From a virus (taxonomy: Duplodnaviria > Caudoviricetes): 38,859 nt of DNA. Both the position numbers and the translations under genes were made by a program. Shown one piece after another: positions 25,988 through 33,339 of this stretch. The notes under the pieces are model-generated. The model saw nothing but the letters and a program-made list of their open reading frames with translations, made no database searches and was not told the origin of the DNA. How positions within the stretch are numbered: the stretch's first letter is position 1; each line of letters begins with the position of its first letter. The DNA lies in IMG/VR virus record IMGVR_UViG_3300032318_002324, positions 1 to 38,859 of that record. One strand, given 5' to 3'.

Positions 25988-26978
25988 GAATACACATATC
26001 CTCAACTAATTGTTCGAAAGAAATCTTAGGTTCCCAACCTAGTTTTTCTTTTGCCTTAGAGGCATCACCTAATAAAGTCTCAACTTCAGTCGGTCGAAAA
26101 TATTTAGGATCTACACGAATAATTGGTTTTCTACTAAATTTTTCAACTCCAATTTCATCGAGTCCTTCACCTTCCCATTCAATATGAAGACCAAAATAAG
26201 GACCAGCAGCATTTACAAATTCTTTGACTGAATATTGTTTTCCAGTAGCAATTACAAAGTCATCAGGTTCATCTTGCTGAAGCATTATCCACATTGCTTC
26301 CACAAAGTCTTTTGCATGTCCCCAGTCACGTTTGGCATTTAAATTCCCAAGATATAAACAATCTTGCATACCAACAGAAATACGAGAAAATGCCTGTGCA
26401 ATTTTACGAGTCACAAAAGTTTCTCCTCTTCTTGGTGACTCGTGATTAAAGAGAATACCAGTACAAGCATACATGCCATATGCTTCACGATAATTCTTTG
26501 TAATCCAATACCCATAAACTTTGGCACATCCGTAAGGACTACGTGGATAGAATGGTGTAGTCTCTTTCTGTGGAACTTCTTGAACCAATCCAAACATTTC
26601 TGATGTAGATGCTTGATAGATACGAACCTTTTTTTCCATTCCAAGCAAACGAACTGCTTCAAGAACACGAAGTGTTCCTAATGCATCAGTTTGTCCTGTA
26701 TACTCAGGCATCTCAAAAGAAACCTTTACATGACTTTGAGCACCAAGATTATAAATTTCATCTGGTTGAACTAACTGAATAACTCTAACAAGATTGGTAG
26801 AATCAGTCAAATCTCCATAATGAAGATGAATTTGATTATAAATGTGATCAATTCTATGAGTATTAATTAAAGAATTGCGACGAATAATACCATGAACTTC
26901 ATATCCTTTTTCTAAGAGTAATTCGGCAAGATAAGATCCATCTTGTCCTGTAATACCAGTAATTAATGCTGTTTTCAT
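25977..26978 (-). CDS. gmd: GDP-mannose 4,6-dehydratase
   Basis: [45 protein letters not shown]. Confidence 0.97.
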   Translation of the reverse strand: MKTALITGITGQDGSYLAELLLEKGYEVHGIIRRNSLINTHRIDHIYNQIHLHYGDLTDSTNLVRVIQLVQPDEIYNLGAQSHVKVSFEMPEYTGQTDALGTLRVLEAVRLLGMEKKVRIYQASTSEMFGLVQEVPQKETTPFYPRSPYGCAKVYGYWITKNYREAYGMYACTGILFNHESPRRGETFVTRKIAQAFSRISVGMQDCLYLGNLNAKRDWGHAKDFVEAMWIMLQQDEPDDFVIATGKQYSVKEFVNAAGPYFGLHIEWEGEGLDEIGVEKFSRKPIIRVDPKYFRPTEVETLLGDASKAKEKLGWEPKISFEQLVEDMCIHGQ

Positions 26979-26998
26979 ATTAAAAATAATTTTATTTT

Positions 26999-27036
26999 AT
27001 TATAGCAAAAAAGGAGAGTCTATACAACTCTCCTTT
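26999..27036 (-). promoter_or_regulatory. composite terminator / promoter of the sugar island
   Basis: AAAGGAGAGT/ACTCTCCTTT hairpin plus T-run; TTGTAT-17nt-TATAAT with an extended -10 (TG). Confidence 0.7.
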
Positions 27037-27066
27037 AAGTATTTTGCACATTACTTATTTTCCATA

Positions 27067-27113
27067 GGGTCGTATTTGACTCCACCAGTTCTGTTATAGT
27101 CCATCCGTGACTA
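27067..27113 (-). ncRNA. tRNA-adjacent structured RNA candidate (possibly a partial manA-like motif)
   Basis: TAGTC-ACGGATG-GACTA hairpin, then ACAGAACTGGTGGA and GTC-AAATAC-GAC-CC; GC-rich, between the tRNA and gmd. Confidence 0.35.
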
Positions 27114-27185
27114 TGGGAGTACTGGGAGTTGAACCCAGACTAACCCGTTATAAGCAGGCCGCTCTAACCATTAAGCTATACTCCC
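27114..27185 (-). tRNA. trnI: tRNA-Ile(UAU)
   Basis: Cloverleaf: acceptor GGGAGTA/TACTCCC, anticodon arm GCCTG-CT-TAT-AA-CGGGT, T arm CTGGG-TTCAACT-CCCAG; no encoded CCA. Confidence 0.93.
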
Positions 27186-27192
27186 AAAAATT

Positions 27193-27375
27193 TCAACAAC
27201 CTTCTTCGTGATCTGTATAGATTTGAATCAGATCTTCAGTTTCTTTATAATCTTTGTATGAAGTTATGATTGCTTTTCTTTTACCATCAACAATTCTAAA
27301 TGTTTCACCATTTTCAACTCTTTCAATAAGTTTATCAAATTTTTTTTGAAATTGCTTTAATGTAAATTCTTTCAT
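27193..27375 (-). CDS. Phd/YefM-like antitoxin domain protein
   Basis: MKEFTLKQFQKKFDKLIERVENGETFRI...KAII..Y.DY pattern. Confidence 0.65.
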   Translation of the reverse strand: MKEFTLKQFQKKFDKLIERVENGETFRIVDGKRKAIITSYKDYKETEDLIQIYTDHEEGC

Positions 27376-27396
27376 TTATTGTCTGAGTGTAAGATA

Positions 27397-27425
27397 AGTT
27401 TATCGTATATTGAATGATAAGTCAA
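27397..27425 (-). promoter_or_regulatory. sigma70-type promoter
   Basis: TTGACT-17nt-TAAACT upstream of the Phd-like gene and tRNA. Confidence 0.6.
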
Positions 27426-27428
27426 GAT

Positions 27429-27578
27429 TTATTTGTAATCTCCAAGAAATTTAGCAAAAGGATCTTTTTTAGTTTTTACAATCTCACATGCTCTAATATA
27501 AAACATATTTTTTATATTTCCTGACTTTTCAAATGTTTCTTTAATTTTCACCCAATTATCGTAAGTGTGTTGATCCAT
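27429..27578 (-). CDS. small hypothetical protein (49 aa, not in ORF track)
   Basis: MDQHTYDNWVKIKETFEKSGNIKNMFYIRACEIVKTKKDPF... Confidence 0.65.
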   Translation of the reverse strand: MDQHTYDNWVKIKETFEKSGNIKNMFYIRACEIVKTKKDPFAKFLGDYK

Positions 27579-27640
27579 TTGTTTTGCATCATTAGGATAC
27601 TAATACTTATAAATTTTATTATTTTGAATTATATAAAAAA

Positions 27641-27796
27641 TCAAAACTTATTCAAATGATCTTCCAATCGATGTAATAGTTTTTCCATTTTTGGCATATC
27701 TGGAATTTCTATATTGGACGCATAAAGATATTCATCTAATGCAACTGTAAGCAATTCAATATCACCTTTAGACAGGTTTGGGGATTCCCAACTCAT
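27641..27796 (-). CDS. small hypothetical protein (51 aa, not in ORF track)
   Basis: MSWESPNLSKGDIELLTVALDEYLY...; ATGA overlap. Confidence 0.6.
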   Translation of the reverse strand: MSWESPNLSKGDIELLTVALDEYLYASNIEIPDMPKMEKLLHRLEDHLNKF

Positions 27797-28047
27797 TTAA
27801 TTTCAAACTCCATTTTTCTAACTTTACGGTTTCTTCTTGCTTCTTGATATTCAAGATCTTCTCTGGAAAAAAGAGAAGAAGAATTATTTTTTTGATTTGA
27901 ATTTGATATTAACTCTACCAAACTCAAATCTAATGCAGTAATTTTATCATCTTTTACCGTGGTTAAATTGTCACATCCACAACATTTAATTTGTATTGGA
28001 TGAGAGTGCAATTCTTTGTTACACATTTTGCATCTGACCTTCAACAT
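27793..28047 (-). CDS. small zinc-finger-like hypothetical protein
   Basis: VRCKMC...CCGCDN; AAGGA SD. Confidence 0.75.
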   Translation of the reverse strand: MLKVRCKMCNKELHSHPIQIKCCGCDNLTTVKDDKITALDLSLVELISNSNQKNNSSSLFSREDLEYQEARRNRKVRKMEFEIK

Positions 28048-28098
28048 TTTGATTCATCCTTCTTAGTTTGTCAAGTTTTTACATTATAACATTGATTT

Positions 28099-28542
28099 TT
28101 ATTCTAGAAAAGATCTCAACATCCAATGAAATTTTCCATGAGATTCCATTAAACTCTGTACTAAATTAGAAGTTGCATATTGCTTTTGACTATCTGCTTC
28201 TTCTGAAATTTCTGCAAATATTTCTATAATTTTCTTATTATCATCACGCAACTGTCTTACCATTTCATTTGCGTCAATTGACTGAGCACTATTTGATGCT
28301 TGTTCAATAGATGATACTTCTACAACTCTTAAAAGAGTACTAACTGGTTTCATACCTAAGTATCTCATATGTTCGGTAAGAGTATCAATTTCTTCAAACA
28401 TTGCTTCATATTGCTCACCAAAGAGTGTATGAAGTTGTTGAAAATCAGGACCTACCACATCCCAATGGTAGATCCAAGTTTTTTGAAATAGAACAAAAAG
28501 TGATGCTTGAGCATCACTTAATTGCTTAAACAACTTTTCCAT
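28099..28542 (-). CDS. dps: Dps/ferritin-like DNA-protecting protein
   Basis: K...YHWDVVGPDF.QLH.LF.EQY......D...E..R.LG and K..WML; the start MEKLFK lies downstream of a late promoter. Confidence 0.92.
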   Translation of the reverse strand: MEKLFKQLSDAQASLFVLFQKTWIYHWDVVGPDFQQLHTLFGEQYEAMFEEIDTLTEHMRYLGMKPVSTLLRVVEVSSIEQASNSAQSIDANEMVRQLRDDNKKIIEIFAEISEEADSQKQYATSNLVQSLMESHGKFHWMLRSFLE

Positions 28543-28561
28543 TAAACTAATACTTTTTAGG

Positions 28562-28569
28562 TATTTATA
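28562..28569 (-). promoter_or_regulatory. T4-type late promoter for dps
   Basis: TATAAATA 20 nt upstream of the ATG. Confidence 0.7.
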
Positions 28570-28646
28570 ATAAGGGTCGGAACCCGATCCAATCATTTAT
28601 CAGAAGGGGAGAATAATAAATCTCTCCCCATATTATTCTATTTTTA

Positions 28647-29288
28647 TTAAACTTCTACTGTGATCAGTCGGGATGCATAATCATGAGCATATGAAGTGCG
28701 GGCACCATGATGCCCCCAACCAATCCAACTATACGCATAGTCCATGTAACGATCGATAGACTTACCAGGAGTTTTCATCCTGTCCTCAATTCGTTGCCAT
28801 TGAACCTCAGTCGTCAGATAACGAAGTTGCGTGTGAAGTGTTGATGGAGAACCACCAAATCTTCTAGCAAAATCACCCAATCCATAATAACGATCAGCAG
28901 ATGTCCATTGAATCAGTCCGTAACCACGTCCGCAGTTACTCCAACTGGTTCTACTACCACCTTCACAAATGTTAGGAATAAAAGTTGATTCCTGACGAAT
29001 ATTGCCCATGATGGTAGCAAGGGCGTTTCTGTCTTTAACACCACGATCCTGGAAAAATGCCAGGGTAGCATTCTCATGTTCATTACACCCTTTACAAATT
29101 AACCTTTTCTCTTTTGGCTTTTCTGGTGCAACCTCTCGGATTGCTGTCTTTGATGTAGGCTCCTCTTGGATAATAGAGAATGGTGGAGGACCACTCAAAG
29201 GGGGAGGAGGAAACACTTGAGGCAGTGTTGCCGTATTGGTTGTAACCATTGCTACTAGAGGAACGGCTACTGTAAAGAAATTTTGCAT
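28647..29288 (-). CDS. exported lysozyme-like cell-wall hydrolase (phage tail-tip lysozyme type domain)
   Basis: Signal-like N-terminus; A.IMGNI.QES.F.P, GYGLIQWT...R, QLRYL..E. Confidence 0.8.
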   Translation of the reverse strand: MQNFFTVAVPLVAMVTTNTATLPQVFPPPPLSGPPPFSIIQEEPTSKTAIREVAPEKPKEKRLICKGCNEHENATLAFFQDRGVKDRNALATIMGNIRQESTFIPNICEGGSRTSWSNCGRGYGLIQWTSADRYYGLGDFARRFGGSPSTLHTQLRYLTTEVQWQRIEDRMKTPGKSIDRYMDYAYSWIGWGHHGARTSYAHDYASRLITVEV

Positions 29289-29299
29289 TTAAATTAATT

Positions 29300-29369
29300 G
29301 AACTCTACATCCCAATAGAAAGGGGGTACACCCAACCTCTCGGAGGGCACTTTCCTGGGCTCTAATGTC
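29300..29369 (-). ncRNA. structured 5' leader candidate
   Basis: Nested pairings CCCA/TGGG, GGAAAG/CTTTCT and CCTC-CGA-GAGG in a GC-rich non-coding patch. Confidence 0.5.
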
Positions 29370-29410
29370 ATGATCAAATTCTCATTATAAGTCTCATAAT
29401 ATTACAGTAT

Positions 29411-29605
29411 TTAGAAATCCATAAAATAACCATTAATATAATCAAGAGATAATACTTCAAGATTTTCTTTTTGAATTACCCAATCACGAATTTCACTATA
29501 GACACTTTCTGCATCTTTTGTTCTTCCTTCTTCACACAAGATATGCATACGATCAATATGACCGTCAATTGTATCATTGCATATTTTCTTGATGTGAAGT
29601 CCCAT
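29411..29605 (-). CDS. hypothetical protein
   Basis: ORF track. Confidence 0.6.
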   Translation of the reverse strand: MGLHIKKICNDTIDGHIDRMHILCEEGRTKDAESVYSEIRDWVIQKENLEVLSLDYINGYFMDF

Positions 29606-30023
29606 TGAAATAATCCTTCCTGAAATATCGATTCATGACATTGCTATTATAATACGCAGGAAACCCATTGTCAAGAGACTCAGTTAAGACATTGTTTAAG
29701 AACAATTGCCTTGTTTCTTCATAGTTGGTTTTACCAACAGTTTTATGAAGTGATAAAATAGTTCTTTGAAACTTATCCTTTCCTATCTTTTTAATATCTT
29801 CTTTTAACTCAGGACAAGAACCATAATAATTTTTCCAATCTGATTCTTGTTTTACTTTTCTTTTCTTTCCTTTGGGAGTTCTAAAAGACCAAAAGTATTT
29901 TCTACCCAAATATTTTCTGTTAGTTTGAGAACATTCAATTAAATAAACAAACCCAAAATAATCTTGAATATCTTCTGATTCAAATATCCTTCCTTGATAT
30001 CTCCAAGGGTTTTCATAACTCAT
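29574..30023 (-). CDS. GIY-YIG family nuclease
   Basis: GFVYLI....NRKYLGRK, YYGS, R.IL, E, YN.N. Confidence 0.8.
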   Translation of the reverse strand: MSYENPWRYQGRIFESEDIQDYFGFVYLIECSQTNRKYLGRKYFWSFRTPKGKKRKVKQESDWKNYYGSCPELKEDIKKIGKDKFQRTILSLHKTVGKTNYEETRQLFLNNVLTESLDNGFPAYYNSNVMNRYFRKDYFNGTSHQENMQ

Positions 30024-30047
30024 TCGGGTTCCTAATAATATTCAAGT

Positions 30048-30055
30048 TATTTATA
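30048..30055 (-). promoter_or_regulatory. T4-type late promoter
   Basis: TATAAATA. Confidence 0.7.
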
Positions 30056-30086
30056 GGTATAACTTATCTTCAACCCCAACAGAGTG

Positions 30087-30122
30087 ATTATAGTCACAAA
30101 AAAAGCACCTGTCAAGGTGCTT
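30087..30122 (-). promoter_or_regulatory. composite terminator / consensus sigma70 promoter
   Basis: AAGCACC-TTGACA-GGTGCTT-TTTTT; TTGACA-17nt-TATAAT. Confidence 0.8.
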
Positions 30123-30142
30123 TAATGAACTGTAATATTATA

Positions 30143-32095
30143 TCAATCTTCGTATTTTGGTTTATATCTACCTACTTCTGGCATTGCATGTGTTTCTTTT
30201 CCACCTCTTTTTGAAATACTTGTTCTTGCTGTGTTAATATTATCAAATCTTTCAAGGTTTCTCATTGCTTTTTTTCTTTGAGGAGAACCCATAGGTGTCT
30301 TCAATGCTGCAAGGTGTTCTTCATCACTACCAAGAAGTTTTGTTTCTTTTCTTTTCATTTTAGCAACTGGAAGAGGTTTCTTTTCTTCCATAATACTTTC
30401 AAACCAACCCTCACTCATATTATTGATAATTACATTTGCGTCTTCAATTCTTGATGCAAAATTATTTTCAAGAAGATATGATGCCACAAATTCATATGCT
30501 TCATATGCCTCTCTATTGAGTTGCTTTCTTTCTCTTGGGGTTAGAGTCCCTGCTGCCATAGCAGAACTTCTTGCTGACTGTAGGTCTCTATCAGAACCTT
30601 CTACCTTAGCAGCATACCCTCTAAGACCAGCACGAGGGTTGTCTCTTACTGAACCTCTTCTGTTTGAAGCAAGTCTTGTGAGTGTTTCAGTTTTATTTTG
30701 TTTTCTTTTTCTATAATCTGCTTCAGTTTCATTTTTACCTCTTACAACATAAGGATTCTTAGCACCTCTTTCTGCTGCTGCAATAGTTCTATCTACACTA
30801 CCAGAACGTTGATAGGCATTAGAACGTCTTGCAAGTTCTTGACGAGTTGCAATCTCACCTTCTTTACCTAGTTCTTTACGCATTCTTGTTGCTTCATCAA
30901 GATAAATCTCAGACATTTCGTCCCAAGTATAATCACTGAGGTCATAACCTTCTTCTACAAGTTCATTTACCCAAAGTTCAACTTCTTCGTTGTAAGACTT
31001 ATCCTTCACCATAGCAATTGCTTTTGCTTTGGGAACACCAGAAGCAACCATTCTTGCAATTCTTACATCAGCAAAGTCATTATCACCATCTTGGTCCTGG
31101 TCTACTTTTTTCTTTGCTTCATAAACTGATTGATATGCTCCCGCAATATCTCTCAAAGTTTTAGCAGATGACCATTCGTATGATTGCTTTTGCATAGTTG
31201 CTCCTGTTCCTAGAGTTGGAGTTTTAGTGGGTTTTGTATTATTTATACCAGTTGCTGGTTTTAGTGGGTATTTAGACATATCCCTTGGAGTGAATTTCTG
31301 CAAATCTGCTGCTGCACTTTTCACATCAGGAACAGCAGGAGTAGGACCAGTCGTAGGAAGATTGGTTTTTTGTGCTGCTTGAAGTGCCTTTTCTGGTGAT
31401 GCTCCTTTTGACCTTGCATCTTGTGCTGCTCTTAATTCAGCAGAAGTTGGTGTTCTTCTTTCAAATGAAGTATTTCCTAACTTTCCAATTGCTGGTGTTG
31501 GGGGTTTTGGTGCCGATGATGTAGAATTCCTTGCTGCATTTTGTGTGGCAACACTTGAATAACGAGACTTCTCTGCACCACTAAAAGCACCAGCAGTAAA
31601 CTTACCAGTTGCTTTATCTAATTTTCCTTCAACTCCTTTTTGTTTTGCAAGGACAGTTGAAGATGCTGCTGGTCTTGGTGGAGGTGTTGAACCTGACCCT
31701 GCTGGTCTTGGTGGAGGTGTTGAACCTGAACCTGCTGGTCTTACTGGATTTTCTGCCTGTTGTTTATTGGGAGTAAAGTATCTTCCAACTCTCCCTGGTT
31801 GTCCTGGAATAGGTAGATATCTTGTTACTCCTGGTTTATTATTAAGTATTGATGGATATGCTGTATTTAAAGTTACTTGCCCACCCTTTCCACTATCTGT
31901 TGCTACTTTTGGTTTGTCTTCTCCTCTGGCAACTCTTGCAGCTTTTGCTCTCAATCCAGCAGCAGCAATTCCCCTACCTTGTCTATCCAATTCATTTGCT
32001 GCATCCAAAGCAGTTCCAACTTTCTCATTCAACTGCTCACCACCATAAACACTCAAATATAACTCGTTCAAGGAGTCTAAATCTTTTTTATCCAT
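30143..32095 (-). CDS. large modular low-complexity protein, possibly virion/internal head
   Basis: ORF track 30143..32158, likely start MDKKDL; Pro/Ala/Lys-rich tracts, DQDQDGDND, WVNELVEEGYDLSDYTWDEM module. Confidence 0.75.
   Translation of the reverse strand: MDKKDLDSLNELYLSVYGGEQLNEKVGTALDAANELDRQGRGIAAAGLRAKAARVARGEDKPKVATDSGKGGQVTLNTAYPSILNNKPGVTRYLPIPGQPGRVGRYFTPNKQQAENPVRPAGSGSTPPPRPAGSGSTPPPRPAASSTVLAKQKGVEGKLDKATGKFTAGAFSGAEKSRYSSVATQNAARNSTSSAPKPPTPAIGKLGNTSFERRTPTSAELRAAQDARSKGASPEKALQAAQKTNLPTTGPTPAVPDVKSAAADLQKFTPRDMSKYPLKPATGINNTKPTKTPTLGTGATMQKQSYEWSSAKTLRDIAGAYQSVYEAKKKVDQDQDGDNDFADVRIARMVASGVPKAKAIAMVKDKSYNEEVELWVNELVEEGYDLSDYTWDEMSEIYLDEATRMRKELGKEGEIATRQELARRSNAYQRSGSVDRTIAAAERGAKNPYVVRGKNETEADYRKRKQNKTETLTRLASNRRGSVRDNPRAGLRGYAAKVEGSDRDLQSARSSAMAAGTLTPRERKQLNREAYEAYEFVASYLLENNFASRIEDANVIINNMSEGWFESIMEEKKPLPVAKMKRKETKLLGSDEEHLAALKTPMGSPQRKKAMRNLERFDNINTARTSISKRGGKETHAMPEVGRYKPKYED
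31668..31742. repeat. 33-bp coding tandem repeat (2.3 copies)
   Basis: GCTGGTCTTGGTGGAGGTGTTGAACCTGAMCCT; encodes RPAGSGSTPPP. Confidence 0.9.
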
Positions 32096-32136
32096 CTTGT
32101 TGGGAGCAATAAAAAGTATTTTTATATACTTATTTA

Positions 32137-33294
32137 TTATTTGATAAATTGCTTCCAATACTCATAGGAAGTCATTTCTTCGTTCTTAGTTGCTTGATAA
32201 GAACGAACTCTTGATTCACCATTTTTATCTGGTGCAACCATATGAGTTTTGATTTTCTTTGATGTTGGTTTTTCTGCCTTTTCTTTTTCAAATGCCTTAT
32301 GAACTTTTGCGGCATCATCATACATATGAATGCTCTTAGCGCCACTTTGTTTTGCTACTGCATTCGCAACATCAACTTTCTTCTGACCAATATCACCACC
32401 TTTCATCCCACCAGTATAGTGAATGTTTTTCATAGGAATATCAACACCGTGCTTTTTCAAATGTCCTTGGAATTCACTTGGGTTATCAAATTTAGAACGA
32501 GCAGTAACAAGATGAACGTTTTGTCCTCTTGCCTGTTTTCTCTTAATGTCCCTAATTACTTTCTTATTTGGACTTGAAGTTTCCTTAAACTTCTTAGCAC
32601 TTTGAAACTCACTGAAATCATATGAGTGTCCTTTTTCCAACTTATGAGTATTAAACTCTTGGTTGCTTAAACTCTTAACTCTCTTTCCCGATGAATCCTT
32701 TACGTGAACCTGAACGTTTGGTTTTCCTTTTTTGCCGTGACCGAACAAGGTCTCATCCACATCATATGCGTGAACTGTTCTTTTTGGTCTAGTTCCTCTT
32801 GCCTTTTCTTCAATATATTCTTCAAGAATAACTGCTACAAATTCACTACTCATATGTTCGAACATATTTTCAGCAGTCTCATAACCTTCTGCGAAATCAG
32901 CATCAACTAAAGTTTCAATTACATAATTATAAATGTTTTCTGTTTCCTCTCTCAGTGCTGCATAATAAGCACCAAGTGCTCTCTTAATTCTTTGCTTTTT
33001 GCTATCCCCCTTAAAGGTTTTGCTCTTTGAATGAACGAAATCACTGATTGTTTTACCAGCATCAGCACCTACGTCAATTTTTTCATTTACTTCAACTCCT
33101 TCTTTCTTTACCGAAGCAACAAATCCAGGAAGTTGTGGTCCTGCTTTCTTTGCTCTTTCTTTTCTTCTACGAGCAATTTCGGCATCTGCCTTATTCGCAA
33201 ATTCTTTTTGTCCTGCAATATCTGGATGTTCTGCCGCAACACCTTCACTATAAATTCTTTTAAACTTAGAAATGCTAGACATATGAATAAGCAA
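32137..33294 (-). CDS. modular protein with a C-terminal HAD-superfamily phosphatase domain
   Basis: AYDVDETLF (motif I), LVTARS (II), KK (III), MYDD (IV). Confidence 0.75.
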   Translation of the reverse strand: MLIHMSSISKFKRIYSEGVAAEHPDIAGQKEFANKADAEIARRRKERAKKAGPQLPGFVASVKKEGVEVNEKIDVGADAGKTISDFVHSKSKTFKGDSKKQRIKRALGAYYAALREETENIYNYVIETLVDADFAEGYETAENMFEHMSSEFVAVILEEYIEEKARGTRPKRTVHAYDVDETLFGHGKKGKPNVQVHVKDSSGKRVKSLSNQEFNTHKLEKGHSYDFSEFQSAKKFKETSSPNKKVIRDIKRKQARGQNVHLVTARSKFDNPSEFQGHLKKHGVDIPMKNIHYTGGMKGGDIGQKKVDVANAVAKQSGAKSIHMYDDAAKVHKAFEKEKAEKPTSKKIKTHMVAPDKNGESRVRSYQATKNEEMTSYEYWKQFIK

Positions 33295-33304
33295 TACTTT
33301 TTTT

Positions 33305-33336
33305 TATTTATAAAAAAAGAGGGGTCGAAACCCCTC
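33305..33336 (-). terminator. terminator after nrdB, running into a late promoter
   Basis: GAGGGGT-TTCG-ACCCCTC-T-run, followed by TATAAATA (33312-33305). Confidence 0.85.
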
Positions 33337-33339
33337 ATA

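Noticed and set aside
11761-26978. Island as contaminating bacterial LPS locus (chimeric contig)
   Set aside because: It is co-oriented with phage genes, bounded by the same terminator-promoter elements seen elsewhere in the window, and lacks wzx/wzy/ABC export genes; read-level confirmation was not possible
27066-27095. tmRNA end or integrase att site suggested by TGGTGGAG/CTCCACCA
   Set aside because: No T-arm context, tag ORF, partner end or integrase; a second TGGTGGAG near 38321 is coding sequence
28573-28630. Two hairpins between the hydrolase gene and dps as an ncRNA or tRNA remnant
   Set aside because: No cloverleaf; more simply explained as termination or stability hairpins
31668-31742. 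CRISPR-like repeat
   Set aside because: Copies are contiguous with no spacers and in frame; there are no cas genes
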